A stretch of DNA of 64,000 nucleotides from Heterodontus francisci. Lineage: Eukaryota. The DNA lies in assembly GCF_036365525.1 (NCBI RefSeq), contig NC_090378.1:124667593-124731592 (forward strand), read 5' to 3'. Both the position numbers and the translations under genes were made by a program. Positions 15,479 to 27,600 of the stretch are shown in pieces. The notes under the pieces are model-generated. The model ran no database searches. It had not been told where the DNA came from and saw only the letters and a program-made list of their open reading frames with translations. The stretch's first letter is position 1. Every line of letters starts with the position of its first letter.

Positions 15479-15487
15479 ATAATAATG
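15479..15487 (+). repeat. Target-site duplication, 5' copy (ATAATAATG)
   Basis: Identical to 18349-18357. Present once at the empty paralogous sites. Confidence 0.9.
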
Positions 15488-15650
15488 TTCCGCACCTGAA
15501 GCTAAAGACCAGTTCTATGAACAACTCCATAACATCATTAGCAGCATCCCCAACACCGAACACCTATTCCTGCTGGGGGACTTTAATGCCAGGGTTGGGG
15601 CCGACCATGACTCATGGCCCTCCTGCCTTGGGCGCTATGGCGTTGGAAGG

Positions 15651-18284
15651 ATGAATGAGAACGGGCAGAGACTGCTTGAGTTGTGTACCTATCATAACCT
15701 CTGCATCACCAACTCGTTCTTTCACACTAAACCCTGTCACCAGGTTTCATGGAGGCACCCAAGATCACGTCGTTGGCACCAGCTAGACCTCATTGTCACA
15801 AGGCGAGCCGCCTTAAACAGTGTTCAAATCACACGCAGCTTCCACAGTGCGGACTGCGACACCGACCACTCCCTGGTGTGCAGCAAGGTTAGACTCAGAC
15901 CAAAGAAGTTGCATCATTCCAAGCAGAAGGGCCACCCGCGCATCAACACGAGCAGAATTTCTCACCCACAGCTGTTACAAAAATTTCTAAATTCACTTGT
16001 AACAGCCCTTCAAAACACTCCCACAGGGGATGCTGAGACCAAGTGGGCCCACATCAGAGACGCCATCTATGAGTCAGCTTTGACCACCTACGGCAAAAGT
16101 GCGAAGAGAAATGCAGACTGGTTTCAATCTCATAATGAAGAGCTGGAACCTGTCATAGCCGCTAAGCGCATTGCACTTTTGAACTACAAGAAAGCCCCCA
16201 GCGATTTAACATCCGCAGCACTTAAAGCAGCCAGAAGTACTGCACAAAGAACAGCTAGGCGTTGCGCAAACGACTACTGGCAACACCTATGCAGTCATAT
16301 TCAGCTGGCCTCAGACACCGGAAACATCAGAGGAATGTATGATGGCATGAAGAGAGCTCTTGGGCCAACCATCAAGAAGATCACCCCCCTCAAATCTAAA
16401 TCGGGGGACATAATCACTGACCAACGCAAACAGATGGACCGCTGGGTTGAGCACTACCTAGAACTGTACTCCAGGGAGAATGCTGTCACTGAGACTGCCC
16501 TCAATGCAGCCCAGCCTCTACCAGTCATGGATGAGCTGGACATACAGCCAACCAAATCGGAACTCAGTGATGCCATTGATTCCCTAGCCAGCGGAAAAGC
16601 CCCTGGGAAGGACAGCATTACCCCTGAAATAATCAAGAGTGCCAAGCCTGCTATACTCTCAGCACTACATGAACTGCTATGCCTGTGCTGGGACGAGGGA
16701 GCAGTACCCCAGGACATGCGCGATGCCAACATCATCACCCTCTATAAAAACAAAGGTGACCGCGGTGACTGCAACAACTACCGTGGAATCTCCCTGCTCA
16801 GCATAGTGGGGAAAGTCTTTGCTCGAGTCGCTCTGAACAGGCTCCAGAAGCTGGCCGAGCGCGTCTACCCTGAGGCACAGTGTGGCTTTCGTGCAGAGAG
16901 ATCGACTATTGACATGCTGTTCTCCCTTCGTCAGATACAGGAGAAATGCCGTGAACAACAGATGCCCCTCTACATTGCTTTCATTGATCTCACCAAAGCC
17001 TTTGACCTCGTCAGCAGACGTGGTCTCTTCAGACTACTAGAAAAGATCGGATGTCCACCAAAGCTACTAAGTATCATCACCTCATTCCATGACAATATGA
17101 AAGGCACAATTCAACATGGTGGCTCCTCATCAGAGCCCTTTCCTATCCTGAGTGGTGTGAAACAGGGCTGTGTTCTCGCACCCACACTTTTTGGAATTTT
17201 CTTCTCACTGCTGCTTTCACATGCGTTCAAATCCTCTGAAGAAGGAATTTTCCTCCACACAAGATCAGGGGGCAGGTTGTTCAACCTTGCCCGTCTAAGA
17301 GCGAAGTCCAAAGTACGGAAAGTCCTCATCAGAGAACTCCTCTTTGCTGACGATGCTGCTTTAACATCTCACACTGAAGAATGCCTGCAGAGTCTCATCG
17401 ACAGGTTTGCGTCTGCCTGCAATGAATTTGGCCTAACCATCAGCCTCAAGAAAACGAACATCATGGGGCAGGATGTCAGAAATGCTCCATCCATCAATAT
17501 TGGCGACCATGCTCTGGAAGTGGTTCAAGAGTTCACCTACCTAGGCTCAACTATCACCAGTAACCTGTCTCTAGATGCAGAAATCAACAAGCGCATGGGT
17601 AAGGCTTCCACTGCTATGTTCAGACTGGCCAAGAGAGTGTGGGAAAATGGCGCACTGACACGGAACACAAAAGTCCGAGTGTATCAGGCCTGTGTCCTCA
17701 GTACCTTGCTCTACGGCAGCGAGGCCTGGACAACGTATGCCAGCCAAGAGCGACGTCTCAATTCATTCCATCTTCGCTGCCTTCGGAGAATACTTGGCAT
17801 CAGGTGGCAGGACTATATTTCCAACACAGAAGTCCTTGAAGCGGCCAACATCCCCAGCTTATACACACTACTGAGTCAGCGGCGCTTGAGATGGCTTGGC
17901 CATGTGAGCCGCATGGAAGATGGCAGGATCCCCAAAGACACATTGTACAGCGAGCTCGCCACTGGTATCAGACCCACCGGCCGTCCATGTCTCCGTTATA
18001 AAGACGTCTGCAAACGCGACATGAAATCGTGTGACATTGATCACAAGTCGTGGGAGTCAGTTGCCAGCATTCGCCAGAGCTGGCGGGCAGCCATAAAGAC
18101 AGGGCTAAATTGTGGCGAGTCGAAGAGACTTAGTAGTTGGCAGGAAAAAAGACAGAGGCGCAAGGGGAGAGCCAACTGTGCAACAGCCCCAACAAACAAA
18201 TTTCTCTGCAGCACCTGTGGAAGAGCCTGTCACTCCAGAATTGGCCTTTATAGCCACTCCAGGCGCTGCTTCACAAACCACTGA
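15651..18284 (+). CDS. LINE endonuclease/reverse transcriptase protein, N-terminally truncated (877 aa from first in-frame ATG; frame open from 15486, 932 codons)
   Basis: APE motifs: GDFNA at 15576-15590 (upstream of the ATG, same frame), NENGQRLL, WRHPRS, LDLI, TDH at 15861-15869. RT motifs: GKAPGKD, NYRGISLL, QCGFR, FIDLTKAFD, GVKQGCVLAP, FADD at 17343-17354, FTYLGS. Further C-terminal: LLYGSEAW, RRLRWLGHV, GRP. No internal stop or frameshift. The N-terminal APE motifs (WNVR-like, QET, YAPT) are missing, so 15651 is not the native start. Confidence 0.92.
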   Translation: MNENGQRLLELCTYHNLCITNSFFHTKPCHQVSWRHPRSRRWHQLDLIVTRRAALNSVQITRSFHSADCDTDHSLVCSKVRLRPKKLHHSKQKGHPRINTSRISHPQLLQKFLNSLVTALQNTPTGDAETKWAHIRDAIYESALTTYGKSAKRNADWFQSHNEELEPVIAAKRIALLNYKKAPSDLTSAALKAARSTAQRTARRCANDYWQHLCSHIQLASDTGNIRGMYDGMKRALGPTIKKITPLKSKSGDIITDQRKQMDRWVEHYLELYSRENAVTETALNAAQPLPVMDELDIQPTKSELSDAIDSLASGKAPGKDSITPEIIKSAKPAILSALHELLCLCWDEGAVPQDMRDANIITLYKNKGDRGDCNNYRGISLLSIVGKVFARVALNRLQKLAERVYPEAQCGFRAERSTIDMLFSLRQIQEKCREQQMPLYIAFIDLTKAFDLVSRRGLFRLLEKIGCPPKLLSIITSFHDNMKGTIQHGGSSSEPFPILSGVKQGCVLAPTLFGIFFSLLLSHAFKSSEEGIFLHTRSGGRLFNLARLRAKSKVRKVLIRELLFADDAALTSHTEECLQSLIDRFASACNEFGLTISLKKTNIMGQDVRNAPSINIGDHALEVVQEFTYLGSTITSNLSLDAEINKRMGKASTAMFRLAKRVWENGALTRNTKVRVYQACVLSTLLYGSEAWTTYASQERRLNSFHLRCLRRILGIRWQDYISNTEVLEAANIPSLYTLLSQRRLRWLGHVSRMEDGRIPKDTLYSELATGIRPTGRPCLRYKDVCKRDMKSCDIDHKSWESVASIRQSWRAAIKTGLNCGESKRLSSWQEKRQRRKGRANCATAPTNKFLCSTCGRACHSRIGLYSHSRRCFTNH
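18207..18269 (+). other. C-terminal zinc-finger-like motif C-x2-C-x12-H-x3-C
   Basis: Translation is CSTCGRACHSRIGLYSHSRRC, preceded by FL. Classical C2H2 spacing with Cys as the last ligand. Confidence 0.75.
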
Positions 18285-18329
18285 CCACCTCCAGGCGCGT
18301 ATCCATTGTCTCTCGAGATAAGGAGGCCC
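18285..18329 (+). other. LINE 3' UTR with possible stem-loop
   Basis: Lies between the TGA (18282-18284) and the tail. Contains the complementary pair CCTCC (18288-18292) / GGAGG (18322-18326) and the palindrome TCTCGAGA (18311-18318). The structure is inferred only. Confidence 0.7.
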
Positions 18330-18348
18330 AAAAGAAAGAAAGAAAGAA
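18330..18348 (+). repeat. LINE 3' microsatellite tail A(AAAG)4AA
   Basis: aaaagaaagaaagaaagaa lies between the 3' UTR and the TSD. There is no poly(A) tract. Confidence 0.9.
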
Positions 18349-18357
18349 ATAATAATG
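18349..18357 (+). repeat. Target-site duplication, 3' copy (ATAATAATG)
   Basis: Follows the (AAAG)n tail directly. The first A could belong to either the tail or the target. Confidence 0.9.
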
Positions 18358-19088
18358 GACACACAGTCCCACCTCCTGCAATGACACATCCCACAGTTAT
18401 ATATAATATATAATAATGGACACACAGTCCCACATCCTGTACTGACACATCCCACAGTTATATATTATATATAATAATGGAAACAAAGTCCCACCTCCTG
18501 TACTAACACATCCCACAGTTATATATAATAAATAATAATGGACACACAGTCCCATCTCCTGCACTGACACATCCCACAGTTATATATAATATATAATAAT
18601 GGACACACAGTCCCACCTCCTGTACTGACTCATCCCACAGTTATATATAATATATAATAATGGACACACAATCCCACCTCCTGTAATGACACATCCCACA
18701 GTTATATACAATATATAATAATGGACACACAGTCCCACCTCCTGCAATGACACATCCCACAGTTATATATAATATATAATAATGGACACACAGTCCCACA
18801 TCCTGTACTGACACATCCCACAGTTATATATTATATATAATAATGGAAACAAAGTCCCACCTCCTGTACTGACACATCCCACAGTTATATATAATAAATA
18901 ATAATGGACACACAGTCCCACCTCCTGCACTGACACACCCCACAGTTATATATAATATATAATAATGGACACACAGTCCCACCTCCTGTACTGACACATC
19001 CCACAGTTATATATAATATATAATAATGGACACACAGTCCCACCTCCTGTACTGACACGTCCCACAGTGATATATAATATATAATAAT

Positions 19089-21825
19089 GGACAGACCGTC
19101 CCACCTCCTGTACTGACACATCCCACAGTTATATATAATATATTATAATTGACAGACAGTCCCACCTCCTGAACTGACATACCCCACAGTAATATACAAT
19201 ATATAATAATGGACACACAGTCCCACCTCCTCTCATGACATATCCCACAGTTATATATAATATATAATAATGGACACACCGTCCCACCTCCTTTACTGAC
19301 ACGTCCCACAGTTATATATAATATATATGAATGGACACACAGTCCCACCTTCTGTATGACACATCCCACAGTTATATATAATATATAATAATGGTCACAC
19401 AGTCCCACCTCCTGTCCTGACACTTCCCACAATTATATATAATATATAATAATGGACACACTGTCCCACGTTCTGTATGACACTTCCCACAGTTATATAC
19501 ATTCTATAATAAAGGACACGCAGTCCCACCTCCTGTCCTGACACTTCCCTCAGTTATATATAATATATAATAATGGACACACAGTCCCACCTTCTGTATG
19601 ACACATCCCACAGTTATATATAATAAATAATAATAGACACACAGTCCCACCTCCTGTACTGACACATCCCACAGTTATATATAATATATAATAATGGACA
19701 CACAGTCCCACATCCTGTACTGACACATCCCACAGTTATATATTATATATAATAATGGAAACAAAGTCCCACCTTCTGTATGACACATCCCACAGTTATA
19801 TATAATAAATAATAATAGACACACAGTCCCACCTCCTGTACTGACACATCCCACAGTTATAAATGATATATAATGATGGACACACAGTCGCACCTCCTGT
19901 ACTGACACATCCCACAGTTATACATCATATGTAAAAATGGACACACAGTCCCCCCTAGTGTACTGACACATCCCACAGTTATATATAATATATAATAATG
20001 GACTCAGAGTCCCACCTCCTGTACTGACACATCCCACAGATATACATAATATGTAAAAATGGACACACAGTCCCACCTCCTGTACTGACACATCCCACAG
20101 TTATATATAATATATAATAATGGACACACAGTCCCACCTCCTGTACTGACACATCCCACAGTTATATATAATATATAATAATGGACACACAGTCCCACCT
20201 CCTGCAATGACACATCCCACATTTATATATAATATATAATAATGGACGCACAGTCCCACATCCTGGACTGACACATCCCACAGTTATATATTATATATAA
20301 TAATGGACACACAGTCCCACCTCCTTTACTGACACGTCCCACAGTTATATATAATATATAATAATGGACACACAGTCCCACCTCCTGTACTGACACGTCC
20401 CACAGTTATATATAATATATAATAATGGACACACAGTCCCACCTCCAGTCAGGACACATTCCACAGTTATGTATAATATATTATAATGGACAGACCGTCC
20501 CACCTCCTGTACTGACACATCCCACAGTTATATATAATATATTATAATTGACAGACAGTCCCACCTCCTGAACTGACATACCCCACAGTAATATACAATA
20601 TATAATAATGGACACACCGTCCCACCTCCTTTACTGACACGTCCCACAGTTATATATAATATATATGAATGGACACACAGTCCCACCTTCTGTATGACAC
20701 ATCCCACAGTTATATATAATATATAATAATGGTCACACAGTCCCACCTCCTGTCCTGACACTTCCCACAATTATATATAATATATAATAATGGACACACT
20801 GTCCCACGTTCTGTATGACACTTCCCACAGTTATATACATTCTATAATAAAGGACACGCAGTCCCACCTCCTGTCCTGACACTTCCCTCAGTTATATATA
20901 ATATATAATAATGGACACACAGTCCCACCTTCTGTATGACACATCCCACAGTTATATATAATAAATAATAATAGACACACAGTCCCACCTCCTGTACTGA
21001 CACATCCCACAGTTATATATAATATATAATAATGGACACACAGTCCCACATCCTGTACTGACACATCCCACAGTTATATATTATATATAATAATGGAAAC
21101 AAAGTCCCACCTTCTGTATGACACATCCCACAGTTATATATAATAAATAATAATAGACACACAGTCCCACCTCCTGTACTGACACATCCCACAGTTATAA
21201 ATGATATATAATGATGGACACACAGTCGCACCTCCTGTACTGACACATCCCACAGTTATACATCATATGTAAAAATGGACACACAGTCCCCCCTAGTGTA
21301 CTGACACATCCCACAGTTATATATAATATATAATAATGGACTCAGAGTCCCACCTCCTGTACTGACACATCCCACAGATATACATAATATGTAAAAATGG
21401 ACACACAGTCCCACCTCCTGTACTGACACATCCCACAGTTATATATAATATATAATAATGGACACACAGTCCCACCTCCTGTACTGACACATCCCACAGT
21501 TATATATAATATATAATAATGGACACACAGTCCCACCTCCTGCAATGACACATCCCACATTTATATATAATATATAATAATGGACGCACAGTCCCACATC
21601 CTGGACTGACACATCCCACAGTTATATATTATATATAATAATGGACACACAGTCCCACCTCCTTTACTGACACGTCCCACAGTTATATATAATATATAAT
21701 AATGGACACACAGTCCCACCTCCTGTACTGACACGTCCCACAGTTATATATAATATATAATAATGGACACACAGTCCCACCTCCAGTCAGGACACATTCC
21801 ACAGTTATGTATAATATATTATAAT
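19089..21825 (+). repeat. 23-mer + 22-mer tandem pair (paralog of 1596-4393)
   Basis: ggacagaccgt at 19089 and 20488. The second unit lacks the cctctcatgac monomer near 20610 (offset becomes 1338). Confidence 0.85.
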
Positions 21826-24649
21826 GGACACACAGTCCCACCTCCTGCACTGACATACCCCACAGTAATATATAATATATAATAATGGACACACAGTCCC
21901 ACCTCCTGTAATGACATATCCCACAGTTATATATAATATATAATAATGGACACACAGTCCCACCTCCTGTACTGACACATCCCTCAGTTATATATAATAT
22001 ACAATAATGGACACACAATCCCACCTCCTGTAATGACACATCCCACAGTTATATATAATATATAATAATGGACACACAGTCCCACCTCCTGCAATGACAC
22101 ATCCCACAGTTATATATAATATATAATAATGGACACACAGTCCCACCTCCTGTACTGACACATCCCACAGTTATATATAATATATAATAATGGACACATA
22201 ATCCCACCTCCTGTAATGACACATCCCACAGTTATATATAATATATAATAATGGACACACAGTCCCACCTCCTGCAATGACACATCCCACAGTTATATAT
22301 AATATATAATAATGGACACACAGTCCCACATCCTGTACTGACACATCCCACAGTTATATATTATATATAATAATGGAAACAAAGTCCCACCTCCTGTACT
22401 GACACATCCCACAATTATATATAATAAATAATAATGGACACACAGTCCCACCTCCTGCACTGACACATCCCACAGTTATATATAATATATAATAATGGAC
22501 ACACAGTCCCACCTCCTGTACTGACACGTCCCACAGTGATATATAATATATAATAATGGACAGACCGTCCCACCTCCTGTACTGACACATCCCACAGTTA
22601 TATATAATATATTATAATTGACAGACAGTCCCACCTCCTGAACTGACATACCCCACAGTAATATACAATATATAATAATGGACACACAGTCCCACCTCCT
22701 CTCATGACATATCCCACAGTTATATATAATATATAATAATGGACACACCGTCCCACCTCCTTTACTGACACGTCCCACAGTTATATATAATATATATGAA
22801 TGGACACACAGTCCCACCTTCTGTATGACACATCCCACAGTTATATATAATATATAATAATGGTCACACAGTCCCACCTCCTGTCCTGACACTTCCCACA
22901 ATTATATATAATATATAATAATGGACACACTGTCCCACGTTCCGTATGACACTTCCCACAGTTATATACATTCTATAATAAAGGACACGCAGTCCCACCT
23001 CCTGTACTGACACTTCCCTCAGTTATATATAATATATAATAATGGACACACAGTCCCACCTTCTGTATGACACATCCCACAGTTATATATAATAAATAAT
23101 AATAGACACACAGTCCCACCTCCTGTACTGACACATCCCACAGTTATATATAATATATAATAATGGACACACAGTCCCACATCCTGTACTGACACATCCC
23201 ACAGTTATATATTATATATAATAATGGAAACAAAGTCCCACCTTCTGTATGACACATCCCACAGTTATATATAATAAATAATAATAGACACACAGTCCCA
23301 CCTCCTGTACTGACACATCCCACAGTTATAAATGATATATAATGATGGACACACAGTCCCACCTCCTGTACTGACACATCCCACAGATATACATAATATG
23401 TAAAAATGGACACACAGTCCCACCTCCTGTACTGACACATCCCACAGTTATATATAATATATAATAATGGACACACAGTCCCACCTCCTGTACTGACACA
23501 TCCCACAGTTATATATAATATATAATAATGGACACACAGTCCCACCTCCTGCAATGACACATCCCACATTTATATATAATATATAATAATGGACGCACAG
23601 TCCCACATCCTGGACTGACACATCCCACAGTTATATATTATATATAATAATGGACACACAGTCCCACCTCCTTTACGGACACGTCCCACAGTTATATATA
23701 ATATATAATAATGGACACACAGTCCCACCTCCTGTACTGACACGTCCCACAGTTATATATAATATATAATAATGGACACACAGTCCCACCTCCAGTCAGG
23801 ACACATTCCACAGTTATGTATAATATATTATAATGGACACACAGTCCCACCTCCTGCACTGACATACCCCACAGTAATATATAATATATAATAATGGACA
23901 CACAGTCCCACCTCCTGTAATGACATATCCCACAGTTATATATAATATATAATAATGGACACACAGTCCCACCTCCTGTACTGACACATCCCTCAGTTAT
24001 ATATAATATACAATAATGGACACACAATCCCACCTCCTGTAATGACACATCCCACAGTTATATATAATATATAATAATGGACACACAGTCCCACCTCCTG
24101 CAATGACACATCCCACAGTTATATATAATATATAATAATGGACACACAGTCCCACCTCCTGTACTGACACATCCCACAGTTATATATAATATATAATAAT
24201 GGACACACAGTCCCACCTCCTGTAATGACACATCCCACAGTTATATATAATATATAATAATGGACACACAGTCCCACCTCCTGCAATGACACATCCCACA
24301 GTTATATATAATATATAATAATGGACACACAGTCCCACATCCTGTACTGACACATCCCACAGTTATATATTATATATAATAATGGAAACAAAGTCCCACC
24401 TCCTGCAATGACACATCCCACAGTTATATATAATATATAATAATGGAAACAAAGTCCCACCTCCTGCACTGACACATCCCACAGTTATATATAATATATA
24501 ATAATGGACACACAGTCCCACCTCCTGTACTGACACATCCCACAATTATATATAATAAATAATAATGGACACACAGTCCCACCTCCTGCACTGACACATC
24601 CCACAGTTATATATAATATATAATAATGGACACACAGTCCCACCTCCTG

Positions 24650-27600
24650 TACTGACACATCCCACAGTTATATATAATATATAATAATGGACACACAGTC
24701 CCACCTCCTGCACTGACACATCCCAAAGTTATGTATAATATATAATAATGGACACACAGTCCCACCTCCGGTACTGACACGTCCCACAGTTATATATAAT
24801 ATATATGAATGGACACACAGTCCCACCTCCTGCACTGCAACATCCCACAGTTATATATAATATATAATAATGGACACACAGTCCCACCTCCTGTACTGAC
24901 ACATCCCACAGTTATATATAATATATAATAATGGACACACAGTCCCACCTCCTGTACTGACACATCCCACAGTTATATATAATAAATAAATATTGACACA
25001 AAGTCCCACCTCCTGTAATGACACATCCCACAGTTATATATAATATATAATAACGGACACACAGTCCCACCTCCTGTATTGACACATCCCACAGTTATAT
25101 ATAATAAATAATAATGGACACACAGTCCCACCTCCTATACTGACACATCCTTCAGTTATATATAATATATAATAATGGACACACAGTCCCACCTCCTGTA
25201 CTGACACATCCCACAGTTATATATAATATATAATAATGGACACACAGTCCCACCTCCTGTACTGACACATCCCACAGTTATACATAATATGTAAAAATGG
25301 ACACAGAGTCCCACCTCCTGTACTGACACATCCCACAGTTATATATAATATATAATAATGGACACACAGTCCCACCTCCTGCAATGACACATCCCACATT
25401 TATATATAATATATAATAATGGACACACAGTCCCACCTCCTGTACTGACACGTCCCACAGTTATATATAATATATAATAATGGACACACAGTCCCACCTC
25501 CAGTCAGGACACATCCCACAGTTATATATACTATATAATAATGGACACACAGTCCCACCTCCTGCACTGACACATCCCAAAGTTATGTATAATATATAAT
25601 AATGGACACACAGACCCACCTCCGGTACTGACACGACCCACAGTTATATATAATCTATAATAATGGACACACAGTCCCACCTCCTGCACTGCAACATCCC
25701 ACAGTTATATATAATATATAATAATGGACACACAGTCCCACCTCCTGTACTGACACATCCCACAGTTATATATAATATATAATAATGGACACAGAGTCCC
25801 ACCTCCTGTATTGACACATCCCACGGTTATATATAATAAATAAAAATTGACACAAAGTCCCACCTCCTGTAATGACACATCCCACAGTTATATATAATAT
25901 ATAATAACGGACACACAGTCCCACCTCCTGTATTGACACATCCCACAGTTATATATAATAAATAATAATGGACACACAGTCCCACCTCCTATACTGACAC
26001 ATCCCACAGTTATATATAATATATAATAATGGACACACAGTCCCACCTCCTGTACTGACACATCCCACAGTTATATATAATATATAATAATGGACACACA
26101 GTCCCACCTCCTGTACTGACACATCCCACAGTTATACATAATATGTAAAAATGGACACACAGTCCCACCTCCTGTACTGACACATCCCACAGTTATATAT
26201 AATATATAATAATGGACACACAGTCCCACCTCCTGCAATGACACATCCCACATTTATATATAATATATAATAATGGACACACAGTCCCACATCCTGGACT
26301 GACACATCCCACAGTTATATATTATATATAATAATGGACACACAGTCCCACCTCCTTTACTGACACGTCCCACAGTTATATATAATATATAATAATGGAC
26401 ACACAGTCCCACCTCCTGTACTGACACGTCCCACAGTTATATATAATATATAATAATGGACACACAGTCCCACCTCCAGTCAGGACACATCCCACAGTTA
26501 TATATACTATATAATAATGGACACACAGTCCCACCTCCTGCACTGACACATCCCAAAGTTATGTATAATATATAATAATGGACACACAGACCCACCTCCG
26601 GTACTGACACGACCCACAGTTATATATAATCTATAATAATGGACACACAGTCCCACCTCCTGCACTGCAACATCCCACAGTTACATATAATATATAATAA
26701 TGGACACACAGTCCCACCTCCTGTACTGACACATCCCACAGTTATATATAATATATAATAATGGACACAGAGTCCCACCTCCTGTATTGACACATCCCAC
26801 GGTTATATATAATAAATAAAAATTGACACAAAGTCCCACCTCCTGTAATGACACATCCCACAGTTATATATAATATATAATAACGGACACACAGTCCCAC
26901 CTCCTGTATTGACACATCCCACAGTTATATATAATAAATAATAATGGACACACAGTCCCACCTCCTATACTGACACATCCCACAGTTATATATAATATAT
27001 AATAATGGACACACAGTCCCACCTCCTGTACTGACACATCCCACAGTTATATATAATATATAATAATGGACACACAGTCCCACCTCCTGTACTGACACAT
27101 CCCACAGTTATACATAATATGTAAAAATGGACACACAGTCCCACCTCCTGTACTGACACATCCCACAGTTATATATAATATATAATAATGGACACACAGT
27201 CCCACCTCCTGCAATGACACATCCCACATTTATATATAATATATAATAATGGACACACAGTCCCACATCCTGGACTGACACATCCCACAGTTATATATTA
27301 TATATAATAATGGACACACAGTCCCACCTCCTTTACTGACACGTCCCACAGTTATATATAATATATAATAATGGACACACAGTCCCACCTCCTGTACAGA
27401 CACGTCCCACAGTTATATATAATATATAATAATGGACACACAGTCCCCCCTCCAGTCAGGATACATCCCACAGTTATATATAATATATTATAATGGACAC
27501 ACGGTCCCACCTCCTGCACTGACATACCCCACAGTAATATATAATATATAATAATGGACACACAGTCCCACCTCCTGTAATGACATATCCCACAGTTATA

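Larger units (their letters stand above)
1..15487 (+). repeat. 61-bp tandem satellite array, left arm (about 254 monomers; continues beyond window start)
   Basis: Continuous head-to-tail copies of the 61-bp consensus. Each has a 40-bp C-rich part plus a 21-bp pure A/T part. Variation is point substitutions and occasional 1-bp deletions. Confidence 0.99.
15488..18348 (+). mobile_element. Non-LTR retrotransposon (LINE), RTE clade, 5'-truncated copy of about 2.86 kb
   Basis: The only non-satellite sequence in the window. Single EN-RT reading frame, very short 3' UTR (about 45 bp), (AAAG)4 tail and 9-bp TSD. A single EN-RT ORF with a short 3' UTR ending in short tandem repeats is the RTE-clade layout. 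Clade assigned by motif recognition, not by database search. Confidence 0.93.

Noticed and set aside
15460-15653. Satellite TATATAA acting as a promoter for an endonuclease-less RT starting at ATG 15651
   Set aside because: The TATA-like word occurs in every monomer. Several out-of-frame upstream ATGs (e.g. 15485, 15517) precede 15651, and there is no expression evidence.
15488-18348. RT next to a repeat array as a retron, DGR, telomerase-like or array-writing system
   Set aside because: The protein is an ordinary APE-type LINE ORF with a tail, TSD and 5' truncation. Empty paralogous sites show the array predates it, and it carries no monomer template.
16454-18455. Short alternative-frame and antisense ORFs within the LINE
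   Set aside because: They are shadows of the main ORF with no recognisable motifs. Two run in from the satellite.
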